NCBI GenBank assembly: GCA_029884335.1
Contig: JAOUIA010000002.1
Span: 34,474-98,473, forward strand
Source: Betaproteobacteria bacterium
GTDB taxonomy: Bacteria > Pseudomonadota > Gammaproteobacteria > Burkholderiales > Casimicrobiaceae
Direction: 5' to 3'
Length of the DNA: 64,000 nucleotides
A program made the translations under genes and the position numbers. Below are positions 40,197 to 52,746 of this stretch, in pieces. The notes below the pieces were generated by a model. The model had not been told where the DNA came from, searched no databases, and saw nothing but the letters and a program-made list of their open reading frames with translations. How positions within the stretch are numbered: the stretch's first letter is position 1; every line of letters starts with the position of its first letter.

Positions 40197-40940
40197 ATGA
40201 GCCACATCCTCGCCATCGACGTCGGCAACAGCCGGCTCAAGTGGGCGCTGGTCGGAACGCGCGGCACGCTCGCGCAGGGCGCGGTGCCCAACGCGGAGAT
40301 CGGCAGCCTCGCGGTGCGCGACTGGCAGAGCATGGCGCGGCCGGCGCGCGCGATCGGCGTCAACGTCGCCGGCGAGGCGGCGCGCGTGCGCGTCGAGGGC
40401 CAGCTCGCCCGCTGGAGGCTTCCCGTCGAGTGGATCGTGCCCTCCGCGCAGGCCTGCGGCGTGCGCAACGGCTACGCTTCGCCGGCGCTGCTCGGCGCCG
40501 ACCGCTGGGCGTCGCTGGTCGCCGCGCGCCAGCGGCTGCTGGACAGCGGGCCGCCGCGCCCCGCCGTCGTGGTCAACGCCGGGACCGCGGTGACGGTCGA
40601 CGCGCTCGACGAGCAGGGCGTGTTCCGCGGCGGCCTCATCCTGCCGAACATGCGCTTGATGCTGCGCACGCTCGCGGAGAACACTTCCGCGCTGAAGGTG
40701 CCGGCCGGGCGCTACGCCGACTTCCCCGTGAACACCGCCGACGCCCTGTACACGGGCGCGCTGCGCGCCGTGTGCGGCGCGATCGAGCTCTCGCGCGCAA
40801 AGCTCCCGCACGAAGGCAGGCCGGCGATGTGCTTCCTCGCCGGCGGCGCCGCCGCCGACCTCGCGCCTCACCTTACCGCGCCGCTCGAGCTCGTGGATAA
40901 TCTGGTGCTCGAAGGCGTGCTGGTGCTCGCCGAAGCCTGA
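40197..40940 (+). CDS. coaX: Type III pantothenate kinase
   Basis: IDVGNSRLKW, LGADRW, AGTAVTVD and GGLILP motifs; follows birA. Confidence 0.92.
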   Translation: MSHILAIDVGNSRLKWALVGTRGTLAQGAVPNAEIGSLAVRDWQSMARPARAIGVNVAGEAARVRVEGQLARWRLPVEWIVPSAQACGVRNGYASPALLGADRWASLVAARQRLLDSGPPRPAVVVNAGTAVTVDALDEQGVFRGGLILPNMRLMLRTLAENTSALKVPAGRYADFPVNTADALYTGALRAVCGAIELSRAKLPHEGRPAMCFLAGGAAADLAPHLTAPLELVDNLVLEGVLVLAEA

Positions 40941-40978
40941 CGGCGAGCGCCACGCGACCGGCGACTACGCAACGAACG

Positions 40979-41623
40979 ATGCGCGTCATCCTGATCCTGC
41001 TGCTGCTCGCCAACGCCGCGCTGTTCGCGCTCACGCGCCTCGACAAGGTCGCCGTGGGCGAGCCGCAGCGCCTCGCCGAGCAGGTGCAGCCGGACAAGAT
41101 CAGGCTGCTGACCGCGCAGCAGGTCGCCCAGCTCAATCCGGCGAAGACCGCCGTCCTCGCCGACGTGTGCGCGGAGTGGGGGCCGCTCAGCGACGCCGAG
41201 TACCGCCGCGCGATCGCCGAGATCGCGCCGCTCAACCTCGGCACGCTGCTGTCGCAGCGCCGCGTGGAGTCGGAGGCGTTCCTCGTCACGCTGAACGGCT
41301 TCGCGAACCGCGCCGCCGCCGAGCGCCGCGCGGGCGAGCTGCGCGCGCGCGGCGTGTCCGACGTGGCGGTCGTCGAGCGCGGCGGCAGTGCGCAGGTGTC
41401 GCTGGGCGTGTTCCGCTCCGAGCAGGCGGCCAACGGACGCGCCGACGCGCTGGCGCAGGCCGGCGTCACCGGAACGCGCGTGTCGCCGCGCACCGGCGGC
41501 GTCGTGCAGACGCTCATCGTCGTGCGCGATCCGCCGCAGCCGGCGATGGCGCGCCTGCGCGAGCTGGCGCCCGCGTACCCGGGCACCGAGATCCGCGTGG
41601 GCGGCTGCGAGCGTGCCTCCTGA
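40979..41623 (+). CDS. SPOR domain-containing protein
   Basis: LLLLANAA anchor, CAEWGP and VSLGVFRS motifs; usual third gene of the birA-coaX operon. Confidence 0.82.
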   Translation: MRVILILLLLANAALFALTRLDKVAVGEPQRLAEQVQPDKIRLLTAQQVAQLNPAKTAVLADVCAEWGPLSDAEYRRAIAEIAPLNLGTLLSQRRVESEAFLVTLNGFANRAAAERRAGELRARGVSDVAVVERGGSAQVSLGVFRSEQAANGRADALAQAGVTGTRVSPRTGGVVQTLIVVRDPPQPAMARLRELAPAYPGTEIRVGGCERAS

Positions 41624-42029
41624 CGATCCGCGCGAGGCGCTCCTAGCCGCCGCGCGCGCGCTGGTCGGCGAATTCACGCTGATCAAGCAGTCGATCACCG
41701 CGGGCGCGGTCGGCGCGGCGCTCGAGAGCGAGAGCGGGCGCATCTACACCGGCATCAACCTCGACCTCGCCTGCGGCATCGGCTTCTGCGCCGAGCACTC
41801 GGCGGTCGCCGAGATGCTGAAGCACCGAGAGACCGTCGTGCGCCGCATCGTCGCGGTGAACGACGAGCGCGTGCTCGCCCCCTGCGGGCGCTGCCGCGAG
41901 ATGCTCGTGCAGGTCGACTCGCGCAACCTCGACTGCGAGGTGCTGCTGCCCGACGGCGCGACGATGCCGCTGCGCGAGCTGCTGCCCAACGCGTGGCTCG
42001 AGCAGCTGCTGGTCGCCCACCGGGCCTAG
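41613..42029 (+). CDS. Cytidine deaminase family protein
   Basis: VGAAL, CAEHSA and PCGRCRE zinc motifs. Start re-called to GTG 41613. Confidence 0.85.
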   Translation: MPPDDPREALLAAARALVGEFTLIKQSITAGAVGAALESESGRIYTGINLDLACGIGFCAEHSAVAEMLKHRETVVRRIVAVNDERVLAPCGRCREMLVQVDSRNLDCEVLLPDGATMPLRELLPNAWLEQLLVAHRA

Positions 42030-42331
42030 CGATTGATGCAAAAGGCGTTCGTGCGCCCAGTGCCGGACGTGCTGTCGAGAGGCGCCTTTTGCATCGAGCT
42101 GGAGTCGGGGCGGGCGCCTTGGGGCGCCGGCCTCCTTGAACGATGTCGAATGATGTGGGACACGCGCGTCGGCCGGCAAGCTTCGACTCGCAAAGGCCGT
42201 CGATCCCCACGCAAACGACGCGCGGGGCCCCTCGCCGGCCGCTCGCGTGGCGGCCCTGCGGCGCCCGCCGGCAACGGCGCGCAAGAACGCGCGTCGTGCG
42301 AAACGTAATGCACCCCGGCGGCAGTTCTGCC

Positions 42332-42841
42332 ATGCGACCTGCCCCCGAGCCAGCAATCGGCAAGTCGGCACTTCGTCACGTGAACGGCGAGCGCGACGTC
42401 GCGCTCGCGCGCGCGCTGTTCGAGGAGTACGCGGCGTGGCTCGCCGTCGACCTCTGCTTCCAGGGCTTCGCGCAGGAACTCGCATCGCTGCCCGGCGCCT
42501 ACGCGTTGCCGCGAGGCCGGCTGCTGCTGGCCGGCGAGCCCGGCGAAGCTTTCGGGTGCATCGCGCTGCGCCCGCTCGACGCAGCCGTGGGCGAGGTGAA
42601 GCGGCTGTACGTGCAGCAGCGCGCGCGGGGCTGCGGCTGGGGCAGGCGCCTCGTCGAAGCGATCGTCGACGAGGCGCGCGCGATCGGCTACGCCACGCTC
42701 AAGCTCGACACGCTCGAGCGCATGACAGAGGCCCGCGCGCTGTACGCGAGCGCGGGCTTCCGGCCCTGCGAGGCCTACTATCGCAACCCGCTCGGGGATA
42801 CCATCTACATGGCGCTCGACCTGGGCGCGGCGCGCCGCTGA
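42332..42841 (+). CDS. GNAT N-acetyltransferase
   Basis: GCIALRPL, EVKRLYV..RARGCGWG and ALYASAGF motifs; start uncertain. Confidence 0.85.
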   Translation: MRPAPEPAIGKSALRHVNGERDVALARALFEEYAAWLAVDLCFQGFAQELASLPGAYALPRGRLLLAGEPGEAFGCIALRPLDAAVGEVKRLYVQQRARGCGWGRRLVEAIVDEARAIGYATLKLDTLERMTEARALYASAGFRPCEAYYRNPLGDTIYMALDLGAARR

Positions 42842-42866
42842 GGCGGGGCGGCGAAAGGGGATCGGC

Positions 42867-43517
42867 GTGGATGCGATCGGCAGCGACGAGGCGAAGGCGA
42901 TCGAGAGCGACATCGCCGCGGTCGAGGCTGCGACGGGCGTGGAGGTCGTCGCGGCCATCGTGCCGAGCGCCGACGACTATCCCGAGGCGACGTGGCGCGC
43001 GTTCTCGCTCGCCGCTGCGCTCGCGGCCCTCGCGGCCTGGGCGATCGACGTCGGCCGCCCCGACTGGGTGACGCCTGCCGCGCTGCTCGCGCAGGCGCTG
43101 ACGATCCTCGGCGCCGGGGCGCTCGCGGCGCTGGCCGCGCGCTACGTGCCGGCGTGCCGCCGGCTCTTCGTTCGCGCTGGACGCATGCGCGGCGAGGTGC
43201 GGCAGCGCGCCGAGGTGATGTTCCTCTCCCGCGAGATGTTCGCCACGCCGCACCGCGACGCCGTGCTGGTCTTCGTCGCGAAGCTCGAGCACTGCGTGGT
43301 GATCGTCCCCGACGTCGCCTATCGCGGGCGCGTGTCCACCGCCGATTGGCAGGCGATCGTCGACCGCATGACGCCGCGGCTGGCCGCCGGCCGCGTGCGC
43401 GAGGCGTTCGGCGAGGGGCTCGCGGCGCTGCAGGCGTTGCTCGTCGCGAAGGGCTTCGCGCCGGACGACGGCCGCAGCCACCTGCCCAACCGCTTCGTGC
43501 GCGGAGATGAGAAATGA
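42867..43517 (+). CDS. TPM-domain membrane protein (short type)
   Basis: EAATGVEVV, DAVLVFVAKLEH and IVPD motifs. Confidence 0.8.
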   Translation: MDAIGSDEAKAIESDIAAVEAATGVEVVAAIVPSADDYPEATWRAFSLAAALAALAAWAIDVGRPDWVTPAALLAQALTILGAGALAALAARYVPACRRLFVRAGRMRGEVRQRAEVMFLSREMFATPHRDAVLVFVAKLEHCVVIVPDVAYRGRVSTADWQAIVDRMTPRLAAGRVREAFGEGLAALQALLVAKGFAPDDGRSHLPNRFVRGDEK

Positions 43518-43599
43518 GCGCCGCCGGGCCGACCCAAGGCGCTCATACCGCCCCCTTGGGGGGCAGCGCAGCGGCGAATGCCGCAAGCGTGGGGGGACC

Positions 43600-44562
43600 A
43601 TGCTAGCCGCCGCGCTGCGCCTGCTGGCGCTGGTTGCGCTCCTCGCGGCCGGGCCTGCGCCGGCAGTCGACGTCCCGTTCCTCACCGGCCGCGTCGTCGA
43701 CAACGCGGAGATCCTGAAGCCGGCCACGCGCGCGAAGCTCACCGCCGACCTCAAGGCTCTCGAGGAGCGCACGACGCACCAGGTGGCGGTGCTCACCGTG
43801 ACGACGCTCGCCGGCGAGAGCGTCGAGGACTTCGCGACCCGCGTGTTCGAGTCGTGGAAGCTGGGCGTCAAGGGCAAGGACAACGGCGTGCTCGTCGTCG
43901 TCGTGCCGCAGGACCGGCGCATGCGCATCGAGGTGGGCTACGGGCTCGAGGGCACGCTCACCGACGCGCAGGCCGCGCGCATCATCCGCGACCGCATGAC
44001 GCCGGCGTTCAAGGCCGGCGACTACGACCGCGGCGTCGCCGACGGCGTGGCGGCGATCGCCGCCGTGCTGGGCGGCGAGAAGCTGCCCGAGGCGGCATCG
44101 TCGGGAACGTCGAGCGGCTTCGCTTCGTCGCTCGACTCCATCGAGCAGGACCTGCCGCCGTGGCCGATGCGCATCCTGCTCGGCGCGTTCATCTTCGGCG
44201 TCATCGGCCTCTTCACCGTGGTGGGCGTGCTCACGCCGGGCATGGGCTGGTTCCTCTACGTCTTCCTGATCCCGTTCTGGGCGATGTTCCCGATCATCAT
44301 CGTCGGGGTGAAGGGGGCGCTGGTGCTGCTCGCGACGTACATCGTCGTGTTCCCGATCGCCAAGCTGATCGTCAGCCGCAAGCCCGAGTACCGCAAGGCG
44401 GCCGAGGAGCTCAAGCGCACCGGCCGCACGACCTACAACGGCGTGGTGATCACCAGCGGCGGGATGAGCTCGGGCGGTGGCTCGTCGTCGCGCTCGTCGG
44501 GCGGAGGCTTCTCGGGCGGAGGCGGCAGCTCGGGCGGCGGCGGCGCGTCCGGAAGCTGGTAG
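43600..44562 (+). CDS. TPM-domain protein (YgcG-like) with a Gly/Ser-rich tail
   Basis: GRVVDNAEIL, WKLG.KGKDNGVL, RIEVGYGLEG and GGGSSGGGGASGSW motifs. Confidence 0.9.
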   Translation: MLAAALRLLALVALLAAGPAPAVDVPFLTGRVVDNAEILKPATRAKLTADLKALEERTTHQVAVLTVTTLAGESVEDFATRVFESWKLGVKGKDNGVLVVVVPQDRRMRIEVGYGLEGTLTDAQAARIIRDRMTPAFKAGDYDRGVADGVAAIAAVLGGEKLPEAASSGTSSGFASSLDSIEQDLPPWPMRILLGAFIFGVIGLFTVVGVLTPGMGWFLYVFLIPFWAMFPIIIVGVKGALVLLATYIVVFPIAKLIVSRKPEYRKAAEELKRTGRTTYNGVVITSGGMSSGGGSSSRSSGGGFSGGGGSSGGGGASGSW

Positions 44563-44567
44563 CGCCA

Positions 44568-44758
44568 AGTGTCCCGTACCGGAAGTTCCTTGCACAAGGA
44601 CGAGCGAGAAATGACGCGCTGCATCGTTGCCGGTCCTGCGGGCATTCGCGATACCCGCTGCGACCGGCGTCGCGCAGCGCGCCATTTTCGTCGTCCTTGC
44701 GCGAGCGGAGGTGGTTGCTGCGCTGCGATAGGGCAAGGAACTTCCGGTACGGGACACT
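44568..44758. mobile_element. 191-bp MITE with perfect 26-bp TIRs
   Basis: AGTGTCCCGTACCGGAAGTTCCTTGC at 44568-93 and its reverse complement at 44733-58; second copy at 2053-2136. Confidence 0.82.
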
Positions 44759-45500
44759 ACCGCGCCCGCGCGCTCGCGGCGAAGCTGCGCTGGCCGCGCG
44801 GCCACGGCGAGGGAAGGATCGCGACGTCGGCGAAACCCGCGGCGCCGAGCACCGTGGCGACCTCTTCCTCGTCGAGCCAGGTCATGCCCAGCGTCTCGTC
44901 CTCGCGCTCGAGCGCGGCGCCGCGCGCGCGGCGCTCGTAGCGGTTGCGCATCGCGAGCTGCCGCGACGACGCGTCCACGGTCGTCTCGCTGCGCAGCGTG
45001 ATGCGCGCGCCGTCGTCGAGCGTGACCGCGCGCACCTCCACCAGCGGCGCGCCGGGCGGGTTGACCGCGACGTCGGGCACGCCGAGGTCGAGCAGCAGCA
45101 GGCCGGGTGGAACGAGGTGCGCGCGAATGCGCTCGAGCGCTCGGCGCATCGCGCCGGGATCGACGAGAAGCTGCAGCGAGGACGCCGCGACGAACGCCGC
45201 GCCGTAGCGGAACGGCAGGTTCAGCGCGGCGACGTCCTGGCGGAACAGCGGGGTGGCGAGGCCCTGCGCGGCGAGCCGCGCCTCGCACGCCGCGAGCATC
45301 GCCGCGGAGTCGTCGGCGCCGTGGACGTGGAAGCCCTCCCGCAGCAGCGGCACGAGCAGGCGGCCCGACCCGCACATCGCCTCCAGCACCGGCCCCGCGT
45401 CGCGCGGCAGGCGCCGCGCGTACCACGCGACCTCGTCCCCGCCCGCGAAGCCCTTGTCGGCGTCGTAGAACTGCCGGCAGAGTTCACCGTAGGCAGCCAC
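44757..45500 (-). CDS. Class I SAM-dependent methyltransferase
   Basis: VLEAMCGSGR, GADDSAAML and HLVPPGLLLLD motifs. Confidence 0.85.
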   Translation of the reverse strand: MAAYGELCRQFYDADKGFAGGDEVAWYARRLPRDAGPVLEAMCGSGRLLVPLLREGFHVHGADDSAAMLAACEARLAAQGLATPLFRQDVAALNLPFRYGAAFVAASSLQLLVDPGAMRRALERIRAHLVPPGLLLLDLGVPDVAVNPPGAPLVEVRAVTLDDGARITLRSETTVDASSRQLAMRNRYERRARGAALEREDETLGMTWLDEEEVATVLGAAGFADVAILPSPWPRGQRSFAASARAR

Positions 45501-45598
45501 GTCTCAAGACCCGAAGCGACGGCATGCGCCACTGCTGCTGCGCTGCGCTAGGGGCGTCCTGCCTCCGACGAAGATGACGCGAATGCCTGACATCCGTT

Positions 45599-45695
45599 CG
45601 TCGTCCCCGCGCAGGCGGGGACCCAGTGTCTCTGGATCCTCCGAACGTACAGCGGCATTGAACGTCGCTGGGTCCCCGCCTGCGCGGGGACGACG
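45599..45695. repeat. CGTC-type REP inverted doublet
   Basis: cgtcgtccccgcgcaggcggggaccca at 45599-625 and its reverse complement at 45669-95. Confidence 0.85.
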
Positions 45696-45751
45696 ACGGT
45701 TGTATGCGCGACAGGCATGCGAGGCAGGGACAACGTATCGAAGCTTCGCTA

Positions 45752-46138
45752 TTAGAGCTGCTCCCAGGGCAACCCTTCCTTACGCCATCCGCCGAGCGTC
45801 CCGCGATGGTGACTGTCGTCGAGCGGCCCCTCGAAGCCCTCGAGGACGTTGTAGACCTCCTTGAAGCCGGCCTCCTCGAGGGCGAGCCCCGCGTCGATCG
45901 AGCGGTGGCCGCTGCGGCAGATCAGCACGACGGGCCGGTGCATGCTCGCGATCTTCTTCACCTGCCCGACGAAGTGCGGGTTGACCTCCCAGTCGGGGCC
46001 GTCGTTCCACGCGACGTGCTGCGCGCCGACCGGGTGGCCGACGAACAGGTACTCCATCTCGCTGCGGCAGTCGATGAAGACCGCCTGCGGCTGTTCCTGC
46101 AGGAGCTTCTGGGCTTCGAGGGGCTTCAGGTGCTTCAT
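45752..46138 (-). CDS. Rhodanese-like domain protein
   Basis: FIDCRS..EY, GHPVGA, LICRSGHRS and NVLEGFEG motifs. Confidence 0.9.
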   Translation of the reverse strand: MKHLKPLEAQKLLQEQPQAVFIDCRSEMEYLFVGHPVGAQHVAWNDGPDWEVNPHFVGQVKKIASMHRPVVLICRSGHRSIDAGLALEEAGFKEVYNVLEGFEGPLDDSHHRGTLGGWRKEGLPWEQL

Positions 46139-46217
46139 GGCCGAGGGGCGCTAAGGGGTGCGGACGGGTGACGTTAGCACGGCGCGGCGGCGCGCCATAG
46201 GCGCGTGCGTCCGATCG

Positions 46218-47156
46218 TCATGGCCGGGAACTCGCGTCGAGCAGGTCGCGCAGCGCGGCGCAGATCGCCTCGACGTGCGCCCGGGCGGCCGGCACGGCGC
46301 CGGTCCAGCGCAGGAAGCCGTGGATCATGCCGTCGCAGGCGACCAGCCGCACCGGCACGCCGCGCTCGCGCAGCCGCCCCGCATAGGCGAGGCCCTCGTC
46401 GCGCAGCACGTCGGCCGCGGCGACCGCGACCACGGCGGGCGCGAGGCCGGCGACGTCGCCGGCGGCGAGCGGCGACAGTTCCGGGTCGTCGGCCTGCCCG
46501 TCGGGATCGTAGGCCTGCCAGTACCAGCGCATCATCGCCGCCGTGAGATTGTGTCCCTCGGCGAAGCGGTCGTACGACGCGGACTGCGCGCGCCGGTCGA
46601 CGGTGGGGTAGAGCAGGAACTGCGCGGCGGGCTGCGGCGAGCCGTGGCGCCGCAGGCGCAAGGCGAGCGCCGCGGCCAGGTTGCCGCCCGAGCTGTCGCC
46701 GCCGACGACGAGCCGGCTCGCGTCGGCACCCAGCGTGGCGGCCTCGCGCTGCAGCCAGTCCCAGGCGGCGTGGACGTCGTCGAGCGCGGCCGGATAGCGG
46801 TGCTCCGGCGCGCACGCGTAGTCGACCGCCACGACGATCGCGCCCAGGCGATTGGCGAGCTGGCGGCACACGCGGTCGTGCGATTCCAGCGAGCCGGTGA
46901 CCCAGCCGCCGCCGTGCGCGAACAGCAGCGCCGGCAGCGGCGCCTTCGCCGCCGGCCGATAGATGCGCGCCGGCACGACGCCGCGCGCGCCTCCTGCGAT
47001 CGACGCGTCGCGGACGTCGTCGACCGGCTCGGGCTCGCCGCCGAGCAGCTTCGGCGCCGACTCGGCGGCCGAGCGCAGCGCCGCGACGTCGGGCGGCATC
47101 GCCGGCGGCTTGGCGAAGACGGTGGCGAGCAGGCGCGAGATGTCGGGGTCGAGCAT
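46218..47156 (-). CDS. Alpha/beta hydrolase (HSL-family esterase)
   Basis: HGGGW, GDSSGG nucleophile, DVLRDEG and HGF motifs. Confidence 0.92.
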   Translation of the reverse strand: MLDPDISRLLATVFAKPPAMPPDVAALRSAAESAPKLLGGEPEPVDDVRDASIAGGARGVVPARIYRPAAKAPLPALLFAHGGGWVTGSLESHDRVCRQLANRLGAIVVAVDYACAPEHRYPAALDDVHAAWDWLQREAATLGADASRLVVGGDSSGGNLAAALALRLRRHGSPQPAAQFLLYPTVDRRAQSASYDRFAEGHNLTAAMMRWYWQAYDPDGQADDPELSPLAAGDVAGLAPAVVAVAAADVLRDEGLAYAGRLRERGVPVRLVACDGMIHGFLRWTGAVPAARAHVEAICAALRDLLDASSRP

Positions 47157-47237
47157 GCGGCAAGCGTTTCGCACTCCGCCGGCCGCTGTCAAGCTGCGCG
47201 CCGCGGCCGCGGGCGCGCTGATCTACACTTCCCCTCC

Positions 47238-47307
47238 AGCGCCGATTTGATCCGCGGCTTCACGGGCCGCGCAGCTTGCGGGCGCTTAACAAATCCAGCT
47301 AAAGCGG
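47238..47307 (+). promoter_or_regulatory. SAM-II riboswitch (long-loop variant)
   Basis: AGCGCC-GAUUUG...GCUUGC-GGGCGCU-UAA-CAAAUC-CA-GCUAAAG pseudoknot pattern upstream of metH. Confidence 0.85.
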
Positions 47308-47313
47308 CACGCG

Positions 47314-47349
47314 AAACCCGCTCATGCCGCCGGCTGAACGGGTTTTTTT
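47314..47349 (+). terminator. Intrinsic terminator downstream of the SAM-II aptamer
   Basis: AAACCCG...CGGGUUU stem ending in a U7 run, 17 nt before the metH ATG. Confidence 0.7.
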
Positions 47350-47365
47350 GCGTCCCCACATAGCC

Positions 47366-48400
47366 ATGCAGCCCGACCGCACCGAAGAGCTGAAGCGCCT
47401 GCTGGACGAACGCATCCTCGTGCTCGACGGCGCCACCGGCACGATGATCCAGCAGCTGCGCCTCGGCGAGGCCGACTTCCGCGGCCCGCCGTCGTGCGGG
47501 CTCGCGCACCACACGCACGACGTCGGAGGCGACAACGACCTGCTGTCGCTGACGAAGCCGGACGCGATCGCGGCGATCCACGACGCGTACTTCGCCGCCG
47601 GCGCGGACGTGATCACGACGAACACGTTCACCGCGACGTCGATCGCGCAAGCCGACTACGCGCTCGAGGGCCGCGCGCGCGCGATGAATCGCGCTGCCGC
47701 GGCGATCGCCCGCGAGGTCGCCGACCGCTGGACGGCGCGCACGCCGGACCGGCCGCGCTTCGTGGCGGGCTCGCTGGGGCCGACGAACCGGACGGCCTCG
47801 ATCTCGCCGGACGTCAACGACCCCGGCGCGCGCAACACCTCGTTCGACGAGCTGCGCGACGCTTACCGCGACGCGGCCGAAGGGCTGATCGACGGCGGCG
47901 CCGACCTGCTGCTGGTCGAGACCGTGTTCGACACGCTGAACGCGAAGGCGGCGCTGTTCGCCATCGAGGAGGCGTTCGACGCGCACGGCAGCCGCCTGCC
48001 GCTGATCGTGTCGGGCACGATCACCGACGCGTCGGGCCGCACGCTGTCCGGCCAGACGCCCACGGCGTTCTGGCACTCGGTCCGCCACGCCCGGCCGCTC
48101 GCCGTCGGGCTCAACTGCGCGCTTGGCGCTGCGCTGATGCGGCCCTACATCGAGGAAATCGCGCGCGTGGCGGACACCTACGTCAGCTGCTACCCGAACG
48201 CGGGGCTGCCCAACCCGATGTCGGAGACCGGCTACGACGAGACGCCGCAGGAAACGGGGCGCTTCGCGGCCGACTTTGCGCGCAGCGGCTTCGTCAACCT
48301 GATCGGCGGCTGCTGCGGCACGACGCCCGAGCACATCCGCGCGATCGTGGAAGCCGTGCGCGGCGTGGCGCCGCGCCGTTTCGCGCGCGAGGCGGGATGA
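47366..48400 (+). CDS. metH: Methionine synthase, homocysteine-binding half (split MetH, N-terminal part)
   Basis: LDGATGT, TNTF, ETVFD, GLNCALG, YPNAGLP and GGCCGT motifs. Confidence 0.92.
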   Translation: MQPDRTEELKRLLDERILVLDGATGTMIQQLRLGEADFRGPPSCGLAHHTHDVGGDNDLLSLTKPDAIAAIHDAYFAAGADVITTNTFTATSIAQADYALEGRARAMNRAAAAIAREVADRWTARTPDRPRFVAGSLGPTNRTASISPDVNDPGARNTSFDELRDAYRDAAEGLIDGGADLLLVETVFDTLNAKAALFAIEEAFDAHGSRLPLIVSGTITDASGRTLSGQTPTAFWHSVRHARPLAVGLNCALGAALMRPYIEEIARVADTYVSCYPNAGLPNPMSETGYDETPQETGRFAADFARSGFVNLIGGCCGTTPEHIRAIVEAVRGVAPRRFAREAG

Positions 48401-48417
48401 TGCGCCCGGGTGCGCGC

Positions 48418-48629
48418 CCCCTCACCCCCGGCCCCGCCTCCGCACGGTCGGCGCGAACGCGCGGCGTCGCGTGTCGGCGGGCTGCGGCGACTCGCTCTTG
48501 CCGTCGATCCCCGCTTCGCGGGGGCCCTCGCCGGCTGCTCGCGCCGCTCCCTCCCCGCTGCCGCGGGGCGAGGGGAGACTCCTTCTCCCCTCTCCTGCCG
48601 TCAGGCGGGAGAGGGGCCGGGGGTGAGGG
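48418..48629. repeat. CCCTCACCCC-type inverted-repeat element between the metH halves
   Basis: Perfect 17-bp inverted repeat ccctcacccccggcccc at 48418 / 48613-29; internal cccctctcc...ggagagggg hairpin. Confidence 0.7.
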
Positions 48630-48632
48630 CCG

Positions 48633-51311
<2,679 letters not shown>

Positions 51312-51360
51312 TGCAGCGACCTGCAATTGAAGAAACGTGCTGGCATGGGCACAACCCATT

Positions 51361-51430
51361 GTCGTCCCCGCAAACGCGGGGACCCGGCGTCTCTCGACGA
51401 CGCTGGGATCCCGCCTGCGCGGGAATGACG
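51361..51430. repeat. CGTC-type REP inverted doublet
   Basis: gtcgtccccgcaaacgcggggaccc ... gggatcccgcctgcgcgggaatgacg. Confidence 0.75.
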
Positions 51431-51440
51431 CCGAGAATGA

Positions 51441-52724
51441 ATGCACGTTTCGACATGCGTGAGTCGGTCAACTAGCGCGGCTGCCCGGGCACGCCGTCGA
51501 CAATCTGTAGCCCACGGGACGACGCGTCGATGTCCGGGCACGAAGAATGCGTGTCCAGTGCGCGTGGAACCGGAGAACAAGCGCGCGGCTTCGCCCGAGC
51601 TCGAACTCGTCGACTATGTGCCGACCAACGTCACGCGTGCGCCGGTCGATTGCGCGAATGACGCGATCGACGTCGACTTGCCGCGGGTCGCCGTAGCGCA
51701 CATCGATCCTCATTTCGCGGCGGCGGCACGCGAGCATTCGCGTGGCGTGGTCGACCCCGCTTTGTGGAAACGCGCGGTGTCGCTGGCCGATGGCGACGAG
51801 GCCGCTGCCGTCGCGCCGTACCTGCGGGCGCGGGCGACGATGCTCAAGCTCGCGCAGCAGCGCCGGGCTTCCGCGCGTCCCGCGTCGCCGCCGCCACCGC
51901 CGCAGGAGTCCCCGAATCCTGGACGCGAACCCGGGTCGGCCGGGGCGGCCGCGTGGTCCTTGCTCGAGCCGCGGCGCCGCGTCTTGCTGTTCGCTTGCGC
52001 TGGCGTCGCCGCCGTGGCGCTCGTCGTGACGGCGTGGACTTGGCCCGGGCGAGACGCATCGCCCGTCACAGCGGTGCCCGTGAAGACCAGCGCCGCGCCC
52101 AGGGCGCCGGCGCCCGCTCCCGTCGCCGTGGTGGCGCCGCCCTCGAGCACGGACTTCGCTGCAAAGGTCGAGGACCTGCGCAACGCCGGCAACTGGAACG
52201 TGCTTGTCCTGCACGCTGCCGAGTGGACGCGCAAGGAGCCGGCAAACGCCGCTGGTTGGGCGGCGCTCAGCGCCGGCTACGCGAAGCTGGGCCAGATCGA
52301 CGAGTCTTTCGAGGCTGCGAAGCAGGCCGTCGCGCTCGACGGCGCCAACCCGGCGCACTTGCGGCGCCTCGCCGACGCCTACGTCGGCCTCGACCGCCCG
52401 GCGGATGCGCTGGTCCACGTCGAGAAGCTGCTTGCGCTCGACGCGCGCGACGTGGGCGCGCTCGCGCAGGCGGGCACGCTCTACCTCGCGCTCGGCAGGC
52501 TGCCGGACGCGCGCAACGCGTTCGATCGCGCACTGGCGCTCGATCCGTCGGGCCACGTGCCGGCCTGCGGGGCCGTCGAGGTCGCACGGCGCCAGGGGCG
52601 CACGAAGGACGCCGAAGTCCTCGCGAAGGGCCTGAAGGACGCCGGCTGCGGCGCGGCGCCGGCGGGGCGGGCCGAGTCCGTTCCGGTGCCCGCCCGCGCG
52701 TTGCCGTCTGCTGCGCGCCGCTGA
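51441..52724 (+). CDS. Single-TM TPR protein
   Basis: Pro-rich linker, TM VLLFACAGVAAVALVV, C-terminal TPRs (AAGWAALSAGY, ALAQAGTLY); start uncertain. Confidence 0.7.
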   Translation: MHVSTCVSRSTSAAARARRRQSVAHGTTRRCPGTKNACPVRVEPENKRAASPELELVDYVPTNVTRAPVDCANDAIDVDLPRVAVAHIDPHFAAAAREHSRGVVDPALWKRAVSLADGDEAAAVAPYLRARATMLKLAQQRRASARPASPPPPPQESPNPGREPGSAGAAAWSLLEPRRRVLLFACAGVAAVALVVTAWTWPGRDASPVTAVPVKTSAAPRAPAPAPVAVVAPPSSTDFAAKVEDLRNAGNWNVLVLHAAEWTRKEPANAAGWAALSAGYAKLGQIDESFEAAKQAVALDGANPAHLRRLADAYVGLDRPADALVHVEKLLALDARDVGALAQAGTLYLALGRLPDARNAFDRALALDPSGHVPACGAVEVARRQGRTKDAEVLAKGLKDAGCGAAPAGRAESVPVPARALPSAARR

Positions 52725-52746
52725 TTCGGTTGCGCGCGGCACGCTG

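Noticed and set aside
42134-42145. 12-bp match (ccttgaacgatg) to the oriA junction as a third IS91 end
   Set aside because: Similarity stops after gatg, and the 123-bp body is absent.
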